64,000 bases of DNA, taken from sequence record OP380604.1; one strand, 5' to 3'. Position 1 is the first letter of the stretch. Each line of letters begins with the position of its first letter. Under the pieces are notes generated by a model. It was not told the origin of the DNA. It made no database searches and saw nothing but the letters and a program-made list of their open reading frames with translations. Both the position numbers and the translations under genes were made by a program. Positions 8,400 to 16,226 of this stretch are shown one piece after another.

Positions 8400-8684
8400 A
8401 TGATCAAAGTTGCTTGTTTTATCTCCCCGAAAGCTGGTTGTGTCTGGATTACTTCCATGGTGAATTACACAAAGCTTTCACCGGAAGATGCATTGAAACG
8501 CGCCAAACGTCGAGAAGCAAGCAGCCATGGTCAGGTAGATATCTATTTGAGTCAAGTTTTGGAGTTCAATGATGTTTATTGTACAATCAATGAATACCAA
8601 GACGTAGAATCTGTGATTCGTGCTGTTGATGCTGCTGGATATCGTATTATTGGTTTCCCAGCAAAAAAAGTGATTGACAGATAG
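8400..8684 (+). CDS. Early hypothetical protein
   Basis: Start at 8400 after GAGGA; own promoter GTTGAC-17-TAAGAT with IR GGCCATC / GATGGCC. Confidence 0.75.
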   Translation: MIKVACFISPKAGCVWITSMVNYTKLSPEDALKRAKRREASSHGQVDIYLSQVLEFNDVYCTINEYQDVESVIRAVDAAGYRIIGFPAKKVIDR

Positions 8685-8731
8685 GACATCCGTGATAGGA
8701 TGTCCACATTAACGAACAAGAGGAAGATGAC

Positions 8732-9127
8732 ATGAAACAAGATACCATCGTTGTAATTCCAAGTCGCGAAATGGACGGTGCTACTGGTTGTCTAAGTTTC
8801 GAGCGTATGCTGAAAGAGAAGAAAGCACAGGGCTTTATTGGCGCGGTTGATCGTTTAGCAACTATCAACCACATTGCTATCGTTGACAAAGGCAACAAAG
8901 CTTATTTCGCTGATATCATCGAGATTTACAGTGGCACAGATGCCGAAAAGCAACTGAACACAAACGACATTTATTTTGACAACGTGCGTCCGATTCCACT
9001 CTCTGCTTTGAAAGAGGCTGGTATCAACGTCAACTCCGGACGTTGCTCGATTCGTTATGCCGCACTGGCTAACATCGTTGCAAATCTGAAAAAAGAAGAT
9101 ACCGAGTTACTTTCTTTGTTCGGCTAA
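8732..9127 (+). CDS. Early hypothetical protein
   Basis: Own promoter ATTGAC-17-TAGGAT with IR GGACATCC / GGATGTCC; SD GAGGA. Confidence 0.75.
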   Translation: MKQDTIVVIPSREMDGATGCLSFERMLKEKKAQGFIGAVDRLATINHIAIVDKGNKAYFADIIEIYSGTDAEKQLNTNDIYFDNVRPIPLSALKEAGINVNSGRCSIRYAALANIVANLKKEDTELLSLFG

Positions 9128-9160
9128 GTTTATTACCGACATAAATAGTATTACTATAAG

Positions 9161-9188
9161 AACGAGTCGAAAGACTCGTTTTTCTTTT
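9161..9188 (+). terminator. Terminator
   Basis: AACGAGTC-GAAA-GACTCGTT followed by a T-run. Confidence 0.75.
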
Positions 9189-9213
9189 CCTACACACTCA
9201 CAACGGAAACAAA

Positions 9214-11328
9214 ATGCAAGTACAAAAACGCGACGGTCGAATCGTTGATTTTGATCGTTCTTTTATTGAAACCGCAATCTCCAACTCCCTCAAGTCAATC
9301 GGCATCAATGATATGACTTTCCCTCAACACGCTACCGAGGCTGTTGTTCGTAAGCTCATTGGACGCTCTACAGTAACGATTGAAGAAATCCAGCATACTG
9401 TAGAAGATACCCTAATGAGATCTCGCTATCCTGCTGTGGCTCGCGCTTATATCGAATATCGATATGATCGTGATGTTGCCCGCGATCTTAACTCTGACAT
9501 GACAAAGCGTATTATGGGCCTGATGCGTCAATCCGACGAATCAATCATGAACGAAAACGCCAACAAAGACGCTAAGGTAATCCCTACTCAACGCGATCTG
9601 GTAGCTGGTATTGTTAGCAAGCATTTTGCAAAGCATTATCTGCCTGTCGAAGTCATGCAAGCACATGAAATGGGTTGGATTCATTTCCACGATCTTGACT
9701 ATTCACCGTTCTTCCCGATGTTTAACTGCCAGCTCATTGATGTTAAAGGCATGTTAGAACGTGGATTCCGTATGGGTAATGCACAGATTGAAACTCCGAA
9801 AAGCATTTCTACCGCTGCTGCTGTAGTCGCTCAGATTATTGCACAAGTGGCAAGTCACATTTATGGCGGTAACACAATCAATCGCATTGACGAAGTGCTG
9901 GCACCGTATGTTAAAATGACTCACGAAAAGCATTTGGACGAAGCCCGCTATTGGAAGATTCCAGACGCGAAAGAATATGCTATTGCAAAGACTCGCAAAG
10001 CTGTGTATGATGCAATGCAGGGTCTCGAATACGAAGTGAATACTCTTCACTCCGCAAACGGCCAAACCCCGTTCTGCACATTCGGATTTGGTCTAGGTGA
10101 AAGCTGGGAAGCCGAACTGATTCAAGAAGCGATCTTGAAAGTTCGATTGGCTGGACTCGGCAAAGAGGGTATCACTCCTGTATTCCCGAAACTTGTGTTT
10201 GCTCTGAAAGACGGACACAACTTAAAGCCGACTGACCCGCTTTATCGAATCAAGCAACTGGCACTGGAGTGCGCTTCTAAGCGTATGTATCCAGATATCC
10301 TGAGTTATGATAAAGTTGTTGAAATCACAGGTAGCTTTAAATTCCCTATGGGATGCCGTAGTTTCTTGCATCGTTGGGAAGACGAAAACGGTAATGAAGT
10401 TCACGACGGTAGAAATAATCTCGGTGTTGTGACTCTGAATCTGCCGCGTATTGCTCTTGACTCAAACGGAAATCATATGCGTTTCTGGGAGATTCTGGAA
10501 GAGCGCATGGAAGTAGTTAAGCAAGCACTATTGGCACGTGTTGATCGTCTGCGTGGTGTTAAAGCCAGTGTGGCTCCGATTCTTTACGTCGAAGGCGCTT
10601 GTGGTGTACGTCTGAATCCAGATGATGATATCATGAAAGCGTTTGATAACGGTCGCGCTTCCGTGAGTATTGGATATATCGGTCTGCATGAAGTCACCGA
10701 AATTATGATGCGTGGTATCGATGAACACATCATGGAAAATCAATCAAAACAAGTATTTGCTGTTTCTGTTCTTCAACGAATGAAAGAGCTGGCAGATGCA
10801 TGGAAAGAACAAACTGGACTCGCTTTTAGTTTGTACGGCACTCCGTCCGAAAGTCTGTGCTATCGTTTCGCCAAGATTGATCGCGAAATGTATCCAGAAA
10901 ATAAAGTGTTCGATAAAGATTTTTACACAAACAGCTTTCACCTCGACGTTCGTCATAATACTAATCCGTATGACAAGATCGATTTTGAAAAGCAATTTAT
11001 TCCTCTGAGTACAGGCGGATTTATTTCATACGGTGAATATCCGAATATGAAAGATAATCTGAAAGCGCTGGAAGACGTTTGGGATTATGCTTATCTGAAC
11101 ACACCGTATTACGGAACAAATACTCCGGTTGATGTTTGCTTTGAATGTGGCTATCATGGCGAATTCACTGCTACTTCCAAAGGGTACGAATGTCCGAAAT
11201 GCGGCAATCACGACGGCAAGAAAATGAACGTTATTCGTCGTGTTTGTGGTTATCTGGGAGAAGTAAATGCTCGTCCATTCAACCACGGGAAACAACAAGA
11301 AGTTATGTTGCGGTGTAAACATTTGTGA
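9214..11328 (+). CDS. nrdD: Anaerobic (class III) ribonucleotide reductase with N-terminal ATP cone
   Basis: MQVQKRDGR ATP cone, MGCRSFL catalytic Cys, CFEC/CPKC Zn site and RVCGYL glycyl-radical loop. Confidence 0.97.
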   Translation: MQVQKRDGRIVDFDRSFIETAISNSLKSIGINDMTFPQHATEAVVRKLIGRSTVTIEEIQHTVEDTLMRSRYPAVARAYIEYRYDRDVARDLNSDMTKRIMGLMRQSDESIMNENANKDAKVIPTQRDLVAGIVSKHFAKHYLPVEVMQAHEMGWIHFHDLDYSPFFPMFNCQLIDVKGMLERGFRMGNAQIETPKSISTAAAVVAQIIAQVASHIYGGNTINRIDEVLAPYVKMTHEKHLDEARYWKIPDAKEYAIAKTRKAVYDAMQGLEYEVNTLHSANGQTPFCTFGFGLGESWEAELIQEAILKVRLAGLGKEGITPVFPKLVFALKDGHNLKPTDPLYRIKQLALECASKRMYPDILSYDKVVEITGSFKFPMGCRSFLHRWEDENGNEVHDGRNNLGVVTLNLPRIALDSNGNHMRFWEILEERMEVVKQALLARVDRLRGVKASVAPILYVEGACGVRLNPDDDIMKAFDNGRASVSIGYIGLHEVTEIMMRGIDEHIMENQSKQVFAVSVLQRMKELADAWKEQTGLAFSLYGTPSESLCYRFAKIDREMYPENKVFDKDFYTNSFHLDVRHNTNPYDKIDFEKQFIPLSTGGFISYGEYPNMKDNLKALEDVWDYAYLNTPYYGTNTPVDVCFECGYHGEFTATSKGYECPKCGNHDGKKMNVIRRVCGYLGEVNARPFNHGKQQEVMLRCKHL

Positions 11329-11368
11329 TTAAAGGGGCGAAAGCCCCTTTTCTTATTAAGGAAAATAT

Positions 11369-11848
11369 ATGAAGATCTTGGATTATAAGTCGTTAGATGT
11401 ATTAAACGGAACTGGTACTCGCGCAAGTATTTGGCTTGCTGGATGTAGTCACCAATGCAAAGGTTGTTTTAGCAAGAGCACATGGAAGTGGGACGGCAAG
11501 ACGGAAGAAGAAATAGGTCTGCGGAAGCTCGTGGAACGCGATATGAACGATTCCCGTATCAAACGCGATGGGATATCACTACTTGGTGGTGATCCGTTCT
11601 ATGAACGCAACCTAGACGCTTTGGTAGATTTCTTAAAGTGGTTCCGTGCTGAGTTCCCGAATAAAACAGTTTGGCTATGGACTGGATATACTCGCGAAGA
11701 ATGTTTACTGGAACCACGAAAAAATGTTATAGTTACGTCACTGATAGACGTTTTGGTTGACGGGAAATTCGTTGAAGAACTCAAAGATATTGATCTAAAG
11801 TTTCGCGGATCCTCCAATCAGAGAATTATCTATCTCTCAAACACCTAA
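11369..11848 (+). CDS. nrdG: Anaerobic RNR activating enzyme (radical SAM)
   Basis: CSHQCKGC motif, LLGGDP, C-terminal FRGSSNQR. Confidence 0.95.
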   Translation: MKILDYKSLDVLNGTGTRASIWLAGCSHQCKGCFSKSTWKWDGKTEEEIGLRKLVERDMNDSRIKRDGISLLGGDPFYERNLDALVDFLKWFRAEFPNKTVWLWTGYTREECLLEPRKNVIVTSLIDVLVDGKFVEELKDIDLKFRGSSNQRIIYLSNT

Positions 11849-11873
11849 ACACATACACAAAGGTAAATAATAA

Positions 11874-12146
11874 ATGATTGAGCTTTACGGATTTGACCCC
11901 CTCGAACTTGAATGCAAACCATGCCTGAATGCCAAGCGTCTGCTTGATACCAGAATGGTGGATTACGTTTTTCTGCCTATCGCAAAAATCAGTAAGACGG
12001 AAGAGCACAAAGTTAACAAAGCAGATCTGACTCGTCGCGCAAAAGAGCACGGTGTTACCGTTACTTCTATGCCGCAAGCATTCATCGACGGACAATATAT
12101 CGGTGGCTTTGAAGAACTGAAAGCCTGGGTAAACGAAAACGCATGA
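11874..12146 (+). CDS. nrdC: Glutaredoxin (T4 NrdC-like)
   Basis: YGFD...CKPCLNAKRLL...MPQAF..G.YIGGFEEL resembles T4 NrdC. Confidence 0.8.
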   Translation: MIELYGFDPLELECKPCLNAKRLLDTRMVDYVFLPIAKISKTEEHKVNKADLTRRAKEHGVTVTSMPQAFIDGQYIGGFEELKAWVNENA

Positions 12147-12427
12147 AAATAGAAATCTACGGCATACCGGAAGACTTATTCAAATGTCCAGGGTGTATTG
12201 CTGCCGTTGATTTCTGTCGCTCATATGGGCTCGATTATACATTCATTCCGGTTATAGTTCGAGATTCAAATCAAATAGGGTTTGCATATAACAGACCCGC
12301 TATTGAAGAATGTCGAATTAGAGCAGGCAAAGATACCTCTCCTCGGCAATATCCACAGATATTCGTTGACGATAAGTGGATAGGAAGTTTTGAGACTTTC
12401 AAGCAAAAATACGGGGAGCAGGTATGA
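12143..12427 (+). CDS. nrdH: Glutaredoxin (NrdH-like)
   Basis: MKIEIYGIPE...KCPGC...YPQIF resembles T4-family NrdH. Confidence 0.8.
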   Translation: MKIEIYGIPEDLFKCPGCIAAVDFCRSYGLDYTFIPVIVRDSNQIGFAYNRPAIEECRIRAGKDTSPRQYPQIFVDDKWIGSFETFKQKYGEQV

Positions 12428-12924
12428 CTGAATCGGACGTACAAAAAGCAATAGGACGAACACCTGAATTTCAGAAACGATATGATCTGATTGTCCCAAA
12501 TTGTTACACTCTATATGACAACGAAGCAGATTTATTTTGCTTGCGTCCGAGTGGCTTGTGTGATGAAATAGAGATCAAGGTAAGTAAAGCAGATTTCAAA
12601 GCCGATGCTAAGAAGTCTGTTCGCATATTTGAAAAATTAGAGAAACCCACACTGTATCGAACGCATAAGATGACTCGCAAGACGAAACGAGAAGCGTTGG
12701 AAGCCGGAGATATGTCAAACTATTTCTGGTATGCAGTACCCGAAGGACTCATTTCGCCAGATGACGTTCCAACATGGGCAGGGCTGATCTACATTCGTCC
12801 CGACGGCTGGGCTAAAGTAGTCAAAAGCGCGAAACGTTTGCACAAACAACCGTTACATCCCGCTGAATGCTACAAGACAGCACGAAAGATGAACTATAAG
12901 TATTGGAACAAGGTTCTGGCGTAA
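12424..12924 (+). CDS. MmcB-like PD-(D/E)XK nuclease
   Basis: EADLFCL...EIEIKVSKADFKAD...NYFWYAVPEGL...WAGLI pattern. Confidence 0.7.
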   Translation: MTESDVQKAIGRTPEFQKRYDLIVPNCYTLYDNEADLFCLRPSGLCDEIEIKVSKADFKADAKKSVRIFEKLEKPTLYRTHKMTRKTKREALEAGDMSNYFWYAVPEGLISPDDVPTWAGLIYIRPDGWAKVVKSAKRLHKQPLHPAECYKTARKMNYKYWNKVLA

Positions 12925-12999
12925 GTCAGAACCTTTTTTGTTGACTAAAGTCCTGTTCTATGCAAGAATAGTGCTTATACAGTAACGAGAGGTGAATAA

Positions 13000-13248
13000 A
13001 TGAACGTCGTTTTTGGAAATGTCTGCAATACAAGAATCGTTGAAGCTGTTGAAGCTCGCAAGAAAACTGGATTCGCTTGTGACCCAGCTTGGCTAGACGA
13101 ACAGGTAGAGTGGATGCATGATGCGGTTACAAAAGTCGTAGAAGATACTCCATGGATGAAGAAAGCTCTCCGCGAACATCTGGTTGCTTTTATTCTCCGC
13201 GAGTACGATACTATTGCTTTTGGTGTAGATAATGGCATTAAACGTTGA
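13000..13248 (+). CDS. Hypothetical protein
   Basis: SD GAGGT, 82 aa, overlaps the next gene. Confidence 0.65.
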   Translation: MNVVFGNVCNTRIVEAVEARKKTGFACDPAWLDEQVEWMHDAVTKVVEDTPWMKKALREHLVAFILREYDTIAFGVDNGIKR

Positions 13249-14671
13249 GATTCTACAGGCAGTTCCGGCTGCTGGTAAGACAAAAGCAATTCTGACTCAT
13301 GTTAGAAAGAATAAAAAGCCTTGTGTGATTGCGTCAATTAGTTGTCAACTATCACAACAAAGCTATGACTTCTATAACAACTTGGGAGGAGAAAATGATA
13401 GTATTATCATCGACTCGGATCATGTTAGTAGAAGCAAAAGCGTGGCTGAGGTAATCAAAGAAAGTGCTGGCAATTATCGAGTGTTGTTTATTACTCACGC
13501 CGCATTGTTGACATATCCAGATTATGAAGATCTGAGTGGTCACGAATTGTATATTGACGAAGTACCTGATTTTGTGCAGTTGAATCAATTAAAGTTCACG
13601 GACAACCTTGACTTTATTGGAAAATACTGTAAGATCGAAGACGGTAGAATGACGCTGGATGAAGATCATAGAGAAAAACTAAACAAGATAGCAACAGACG
13701 GTCTATATGGTCATGATGTTGTTTCTAGCTCCGTTTTCTCGTTGGCTCGCTCGTTGTTGCAGGGGATTCCCGTTATCGTCAAAGATAATGTGGTATATTT
13801 CATCGATGATAGCACAACTCAAAAGTGGAACAAGTTCGATAAGATCACAATCGCTTGTGCTAACTTTAGAGAAACGTTTACCGGCGTTGTACTCAAAGAC
13901 TTTTGTGGCTGGAAGTTTAAAACAAGTCCGCTAATGAAGAAGCTGGATTTCATTCAGTATCCGAACTCAAATCGAGTTGAGATTATTCCCGTTTATGACG
14001 GCATATGGTCTAGATATGCGGCAGATAAGGACGTCAACGGTGAAAGCGTTTATAACAAAGTCAAGGACGTTGTTTACGACTTGGTTGGAATAAGCCCATT
14101 CATCTATACAACGAACAGCTATAGAGCGGCACTGAAAGTAGGGCACAGAGTAGCGTATAATCCACATGGACTTAATAGTTACATGAGCCATACGACTGCG
14201 GTAGCGTTATTCAGTTATAACCCAATGCCATGGCAAATAGAGTTGCTTAAATGCTTGTCGAGTTGCCATAATATGGACACAAACAAACTAATCGACGCTT
14301 ATCTGGTATCGAAATATCTTGAGCCTGTGTTCCAGCTGTGTTTGCGAACTGATATTCGAAATCAGCATTCGAAATGGAAAGTGACGCTAATCGTTCCAGA
14401 TATGCGAGCCGCTGAATATCTGAAATCGAGATATCTACCAGAGGCAAAGATTGATACCGATCATATGGTGAGTGGTCCAGAACGCAAAGAGCGTAAGAAA
14501 GAAACTACACCAAGAAAGAAGAAAGTCACGTTTGGCACCATGTTTGAATTATCAAAAGAAGAACAAGGAAAGTTCTATCGCTGGTGCAGAAAATTGGATT
14601 TTAAGCTTGACATTATACAACCGGAGCATGTTAAAATGGTCCGAGATTGGGTTTCTACAATTCGTCCTTAG
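13232..14671 (+). CDS. Helicase-like P-loop NTPase
   Basis: Walker A variant AVPAAGKT, Walker B LYIDE, C-terminal QLCLRTDIR resembling SF2 motif VI, basic tail. Confidence 0.6.
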   Translation: MALNVEILQAVPAAGKTKAILTHVRKNKKPCVIASISCQLSQQSYDFYNNLGGENDSIIIDSDHVSRSKSVAEVIKESAGNYRVLFITHAALLTYPDYEDLSGHELYIDEVPDFVQLNQLKFTDNLDFIGKYCKIEDGRMTLDEDHREKLNKIATDGLYGHDVVSSSVFSLARSLLQGIPVIVKDNVVYFIDDSTTQKWNKFDKITIACANFRETFTGVVLKDFCGWKFKTSPLMKKLDFIQYPNSNRVEIIPVYDGIWSRYAADKDVNGESVYNKVKDVVYDLVGISPFIYTTNSYRAALKVGHRVAYNPHGLNSYMSHTTAVALFSYNPMPWQIELLKCLSSCHNMDTNKLIDAYLVSKYLEPVFQLCLRTDIRNQHSKWKVTLIVPDMRAAEYLKSRYLPEAKIDTDHMVSGPERKERKKETTPRKKKVTFGTMFELSKEEQGKFYRWCRKLDFKLDIIQPEHVKMVRDWVSTIRP

Positions 14672-14733
14672 TTTATAACATCAACTTTTCATAGTATACT
14701 TCTCTTGTAAACAAACGAGGGAAGTATACCTTT

Positions 14734-15255
14734 ATGGCAAATTATGTTGATAACGAGGAACTTTACCAGGCATTTGTCGCTTGGAAAGAGAAGTTAAAAG
14801 AAAACCCAAATGAAAGAATGCCCGAATTTATCGGGGGAGCGATCATGAAGATCGCAGAAGGATTTACGCATCATTGGCGATTTAATCGCTATACCGACAC
14901 ATGGAAAGAAGCAATGGTAGGTGCGGCAATCGATGTATGCTTGCGATATTGCAAGAACTTTGATACCCAGCGTTATAGTAATCCACATGCATATATTAGT
15001 ATGATCTGTGCCAGAGCCTTTTTCAATCGAATCAAATTCATGAAACAGGAAGAAGCGGCTAAATACAAATATTTCTTGGAACATGTTCACGACGGCGAAG
15101 ACGAAGACATGGCCAAACTTGTGGATGTTGCCTTCTATAATGACATGATGACGAAAGCGAATGAGTTTGAGGCTAATAGAAAGATTAAGCCCAAGAAACC
15201 CAAGCAACTCGGCGGACTGTCATTCCTTGAGGATGATGAAGATGACAGCGAATAA
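14734..15255 (+). CDS. 55: Late transcription sigma factor gp55
   Basis: NYVDNEELY...IGGAIMKIAEG...NFD..RYSNPHAYISMIC..AF..RI and acidic C-terminal tail. Confidence 0.95.
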   Translation: MANYVDNEELYQAFVAWKEKLKENPNERMPEFIGGAIMKIAEGFTHHWRFNRYTDTWKEAMVGAAIDVCLRYCKNFDTQRYSNPHAYISMICARAFFNRIKFMKQEEAAKYKYFLEHVHDGEDEDMAKLVDVAFYNDMMTKANEFEANRKIKPKKPKQLGGLSFLEDDEDDSE

Positions 15256-15472
15256 TATCTCATTATCCATAAATCCCATCGACTTATTAATTGAGTCAAA
15301 CTATGAACTAGATCTAGTTCCCTATATGCTAAATTTAAAATTGCTCGAATCTGGAATCCCGGTGATTATTGATCCTCTTTCTATTCGTTCTAACCGTATG
15401 GTATTAAAGCATGGTGAATTATCTGTTGTAGATAACGGTTTGACTATCACTTACACATGGAAAAATAAATGA
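15242..15472 (+). CDS. a-gt.5-like conserved hypothetical protein
   Basis: VPYMLNLKL..SGIPVIIDPL resembles T4 a-gt.5; syntenic after 55; start probably ATG 15242. Confidence 0.6.
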   Translation: MTANNISLSINPIDLLIESNYELDLVPYMLNLKLLESGIPVIIDPLSIRSNRMVLKHGELSVVDNGLTITYTWKNK

Positions 15473-15864
15473 CTGAAACACAACTTGAATCTGTAATTGC
15501 CGAAGATCAACGCGAAATCGAAGAAGCGAAAGAGCGTGAACAAGCCGCGATTAAATCTATGGTAGAAAAGAAGAGTAAGAAATATCTTGCCAAGAATCGG
15601 AAAGAGATTGAACGTCTGAGATTACACGCGGAAGAATGTCTGCATGTATGTAACAAAGACGGGTATATCTACGCAATCGAGAAACTCCGTGTTCTGACTT
15701 TGCAAAAGCCTATTACCAGAGACGTTCTGGAATCGCTCTGGATGAGTTCCAAACAGCGTTATGACGAGCTAGTAATGGAAGCATATCAGAAAGTAAAAGA
15801 AAGCAAGCCAGAAGCTGCCAGCGAGACTGAGAAAGTTTCACTGACACCAGTGTGTTCTGTCTAA
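15469..15864 (+). CDS. a-gt.4-like conserved hypothetical protein
   Basis: KNRKEIERLRLHAE...YIYAIEKLR resembles T4 a-gt.4; syntenic. Confidence 0.7.
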   Translation: MTETQLESVIAEDQREIEEAKEREQAAIKSMVEKKSKKYLAKNRKEIERLRLHAEECLHVCNKDGYIYAIEKLRVLTLQKPITRDVLESLWMSSKQRYDELVMEAYQKVKESKPEAASETEKVSLTPVCSV

Positions 15865-15866
15865 AT

Positions 15867-15890
15867 AAAAGGGAGCTTCGGCTCCCTTTT
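15867..15890 (+). terminator. Terminator (CUUCGG)
   Basis: AAAAGGGAGC-TTCG-GCTCCCTTTT. Confidence 0.85.
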
Positions 15891-15896
15891 TGTTTT

Positions 15897-15904
15897 GCTA
15901 AATA
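15897..15904 (+). promoter_or_regulatory. gp55-type late promoter
   Basis: GCTAAATA right after the terminator; the same 8-mer precedes gene 49 and both long fibre genes. Confidence 0.65.
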
Positions 15905-15927
15905 ACATAAAACATAGGAGATTTAAA

Positions 15928-16215
15928 ATGGCACAGACAATCCCAAACGTGATTGTTGGTAAAGCATGGATTTCTCTGAACGCTGCTACTGGTATTCCTG
16001 TTGGCACTCAGTTTAAAATCCAAAATTTACACCCACGAGTTGCTGGTATTTTGGCAGAGGGTACTAAGCCTGCTAACGGTTCCAGAGACGGAGAAATGAT
16101 TAACGGTAGAGTTTATTTTGGCTCGCAGGTAATCGCTGCCGCTGGTAGTTTAGAAGTATGGATTCGCTCGGAAGATGATGTTTCGAGAATCGAAATTAGC
16201 GTAGCCACGGTTTAA
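15928..16215 (+). CDS. Small putative virion protein (95 aa)
   Basis: SD GGAG and ATG 15928; late promoter upstream; beta-rich. Confidence 0.65.
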   Translation: MAQTIPNVIVGKAWISLNAATGIPVGTQFKIQNLHPRVAGILAEGTKPANGSRDGEMINGRVYFGSQVIAAAGSLEVWIRSEDDVSRIEISVATV

Positions 16216-16226
16216 GGAGATAACAA

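Noticed and set aside
4480-11328. Group I introns, inteins or homing endonucleases in nrdA, nrdB and nrdD
   Set aside because: All three ORFs are continuous and of normal length; no GIY-YIG or HNH freestanding gene is seen. The only His-Me motif is gp49.
15860-15867. TAAATA motifs immediately before terminators (4360, 9141, 15862, 18534, 53168)
   Set aside because: Mostly explained by a TAA stop plus the A-run of the terminator in AT-rich DNA; not counted as promoters without TSS data.
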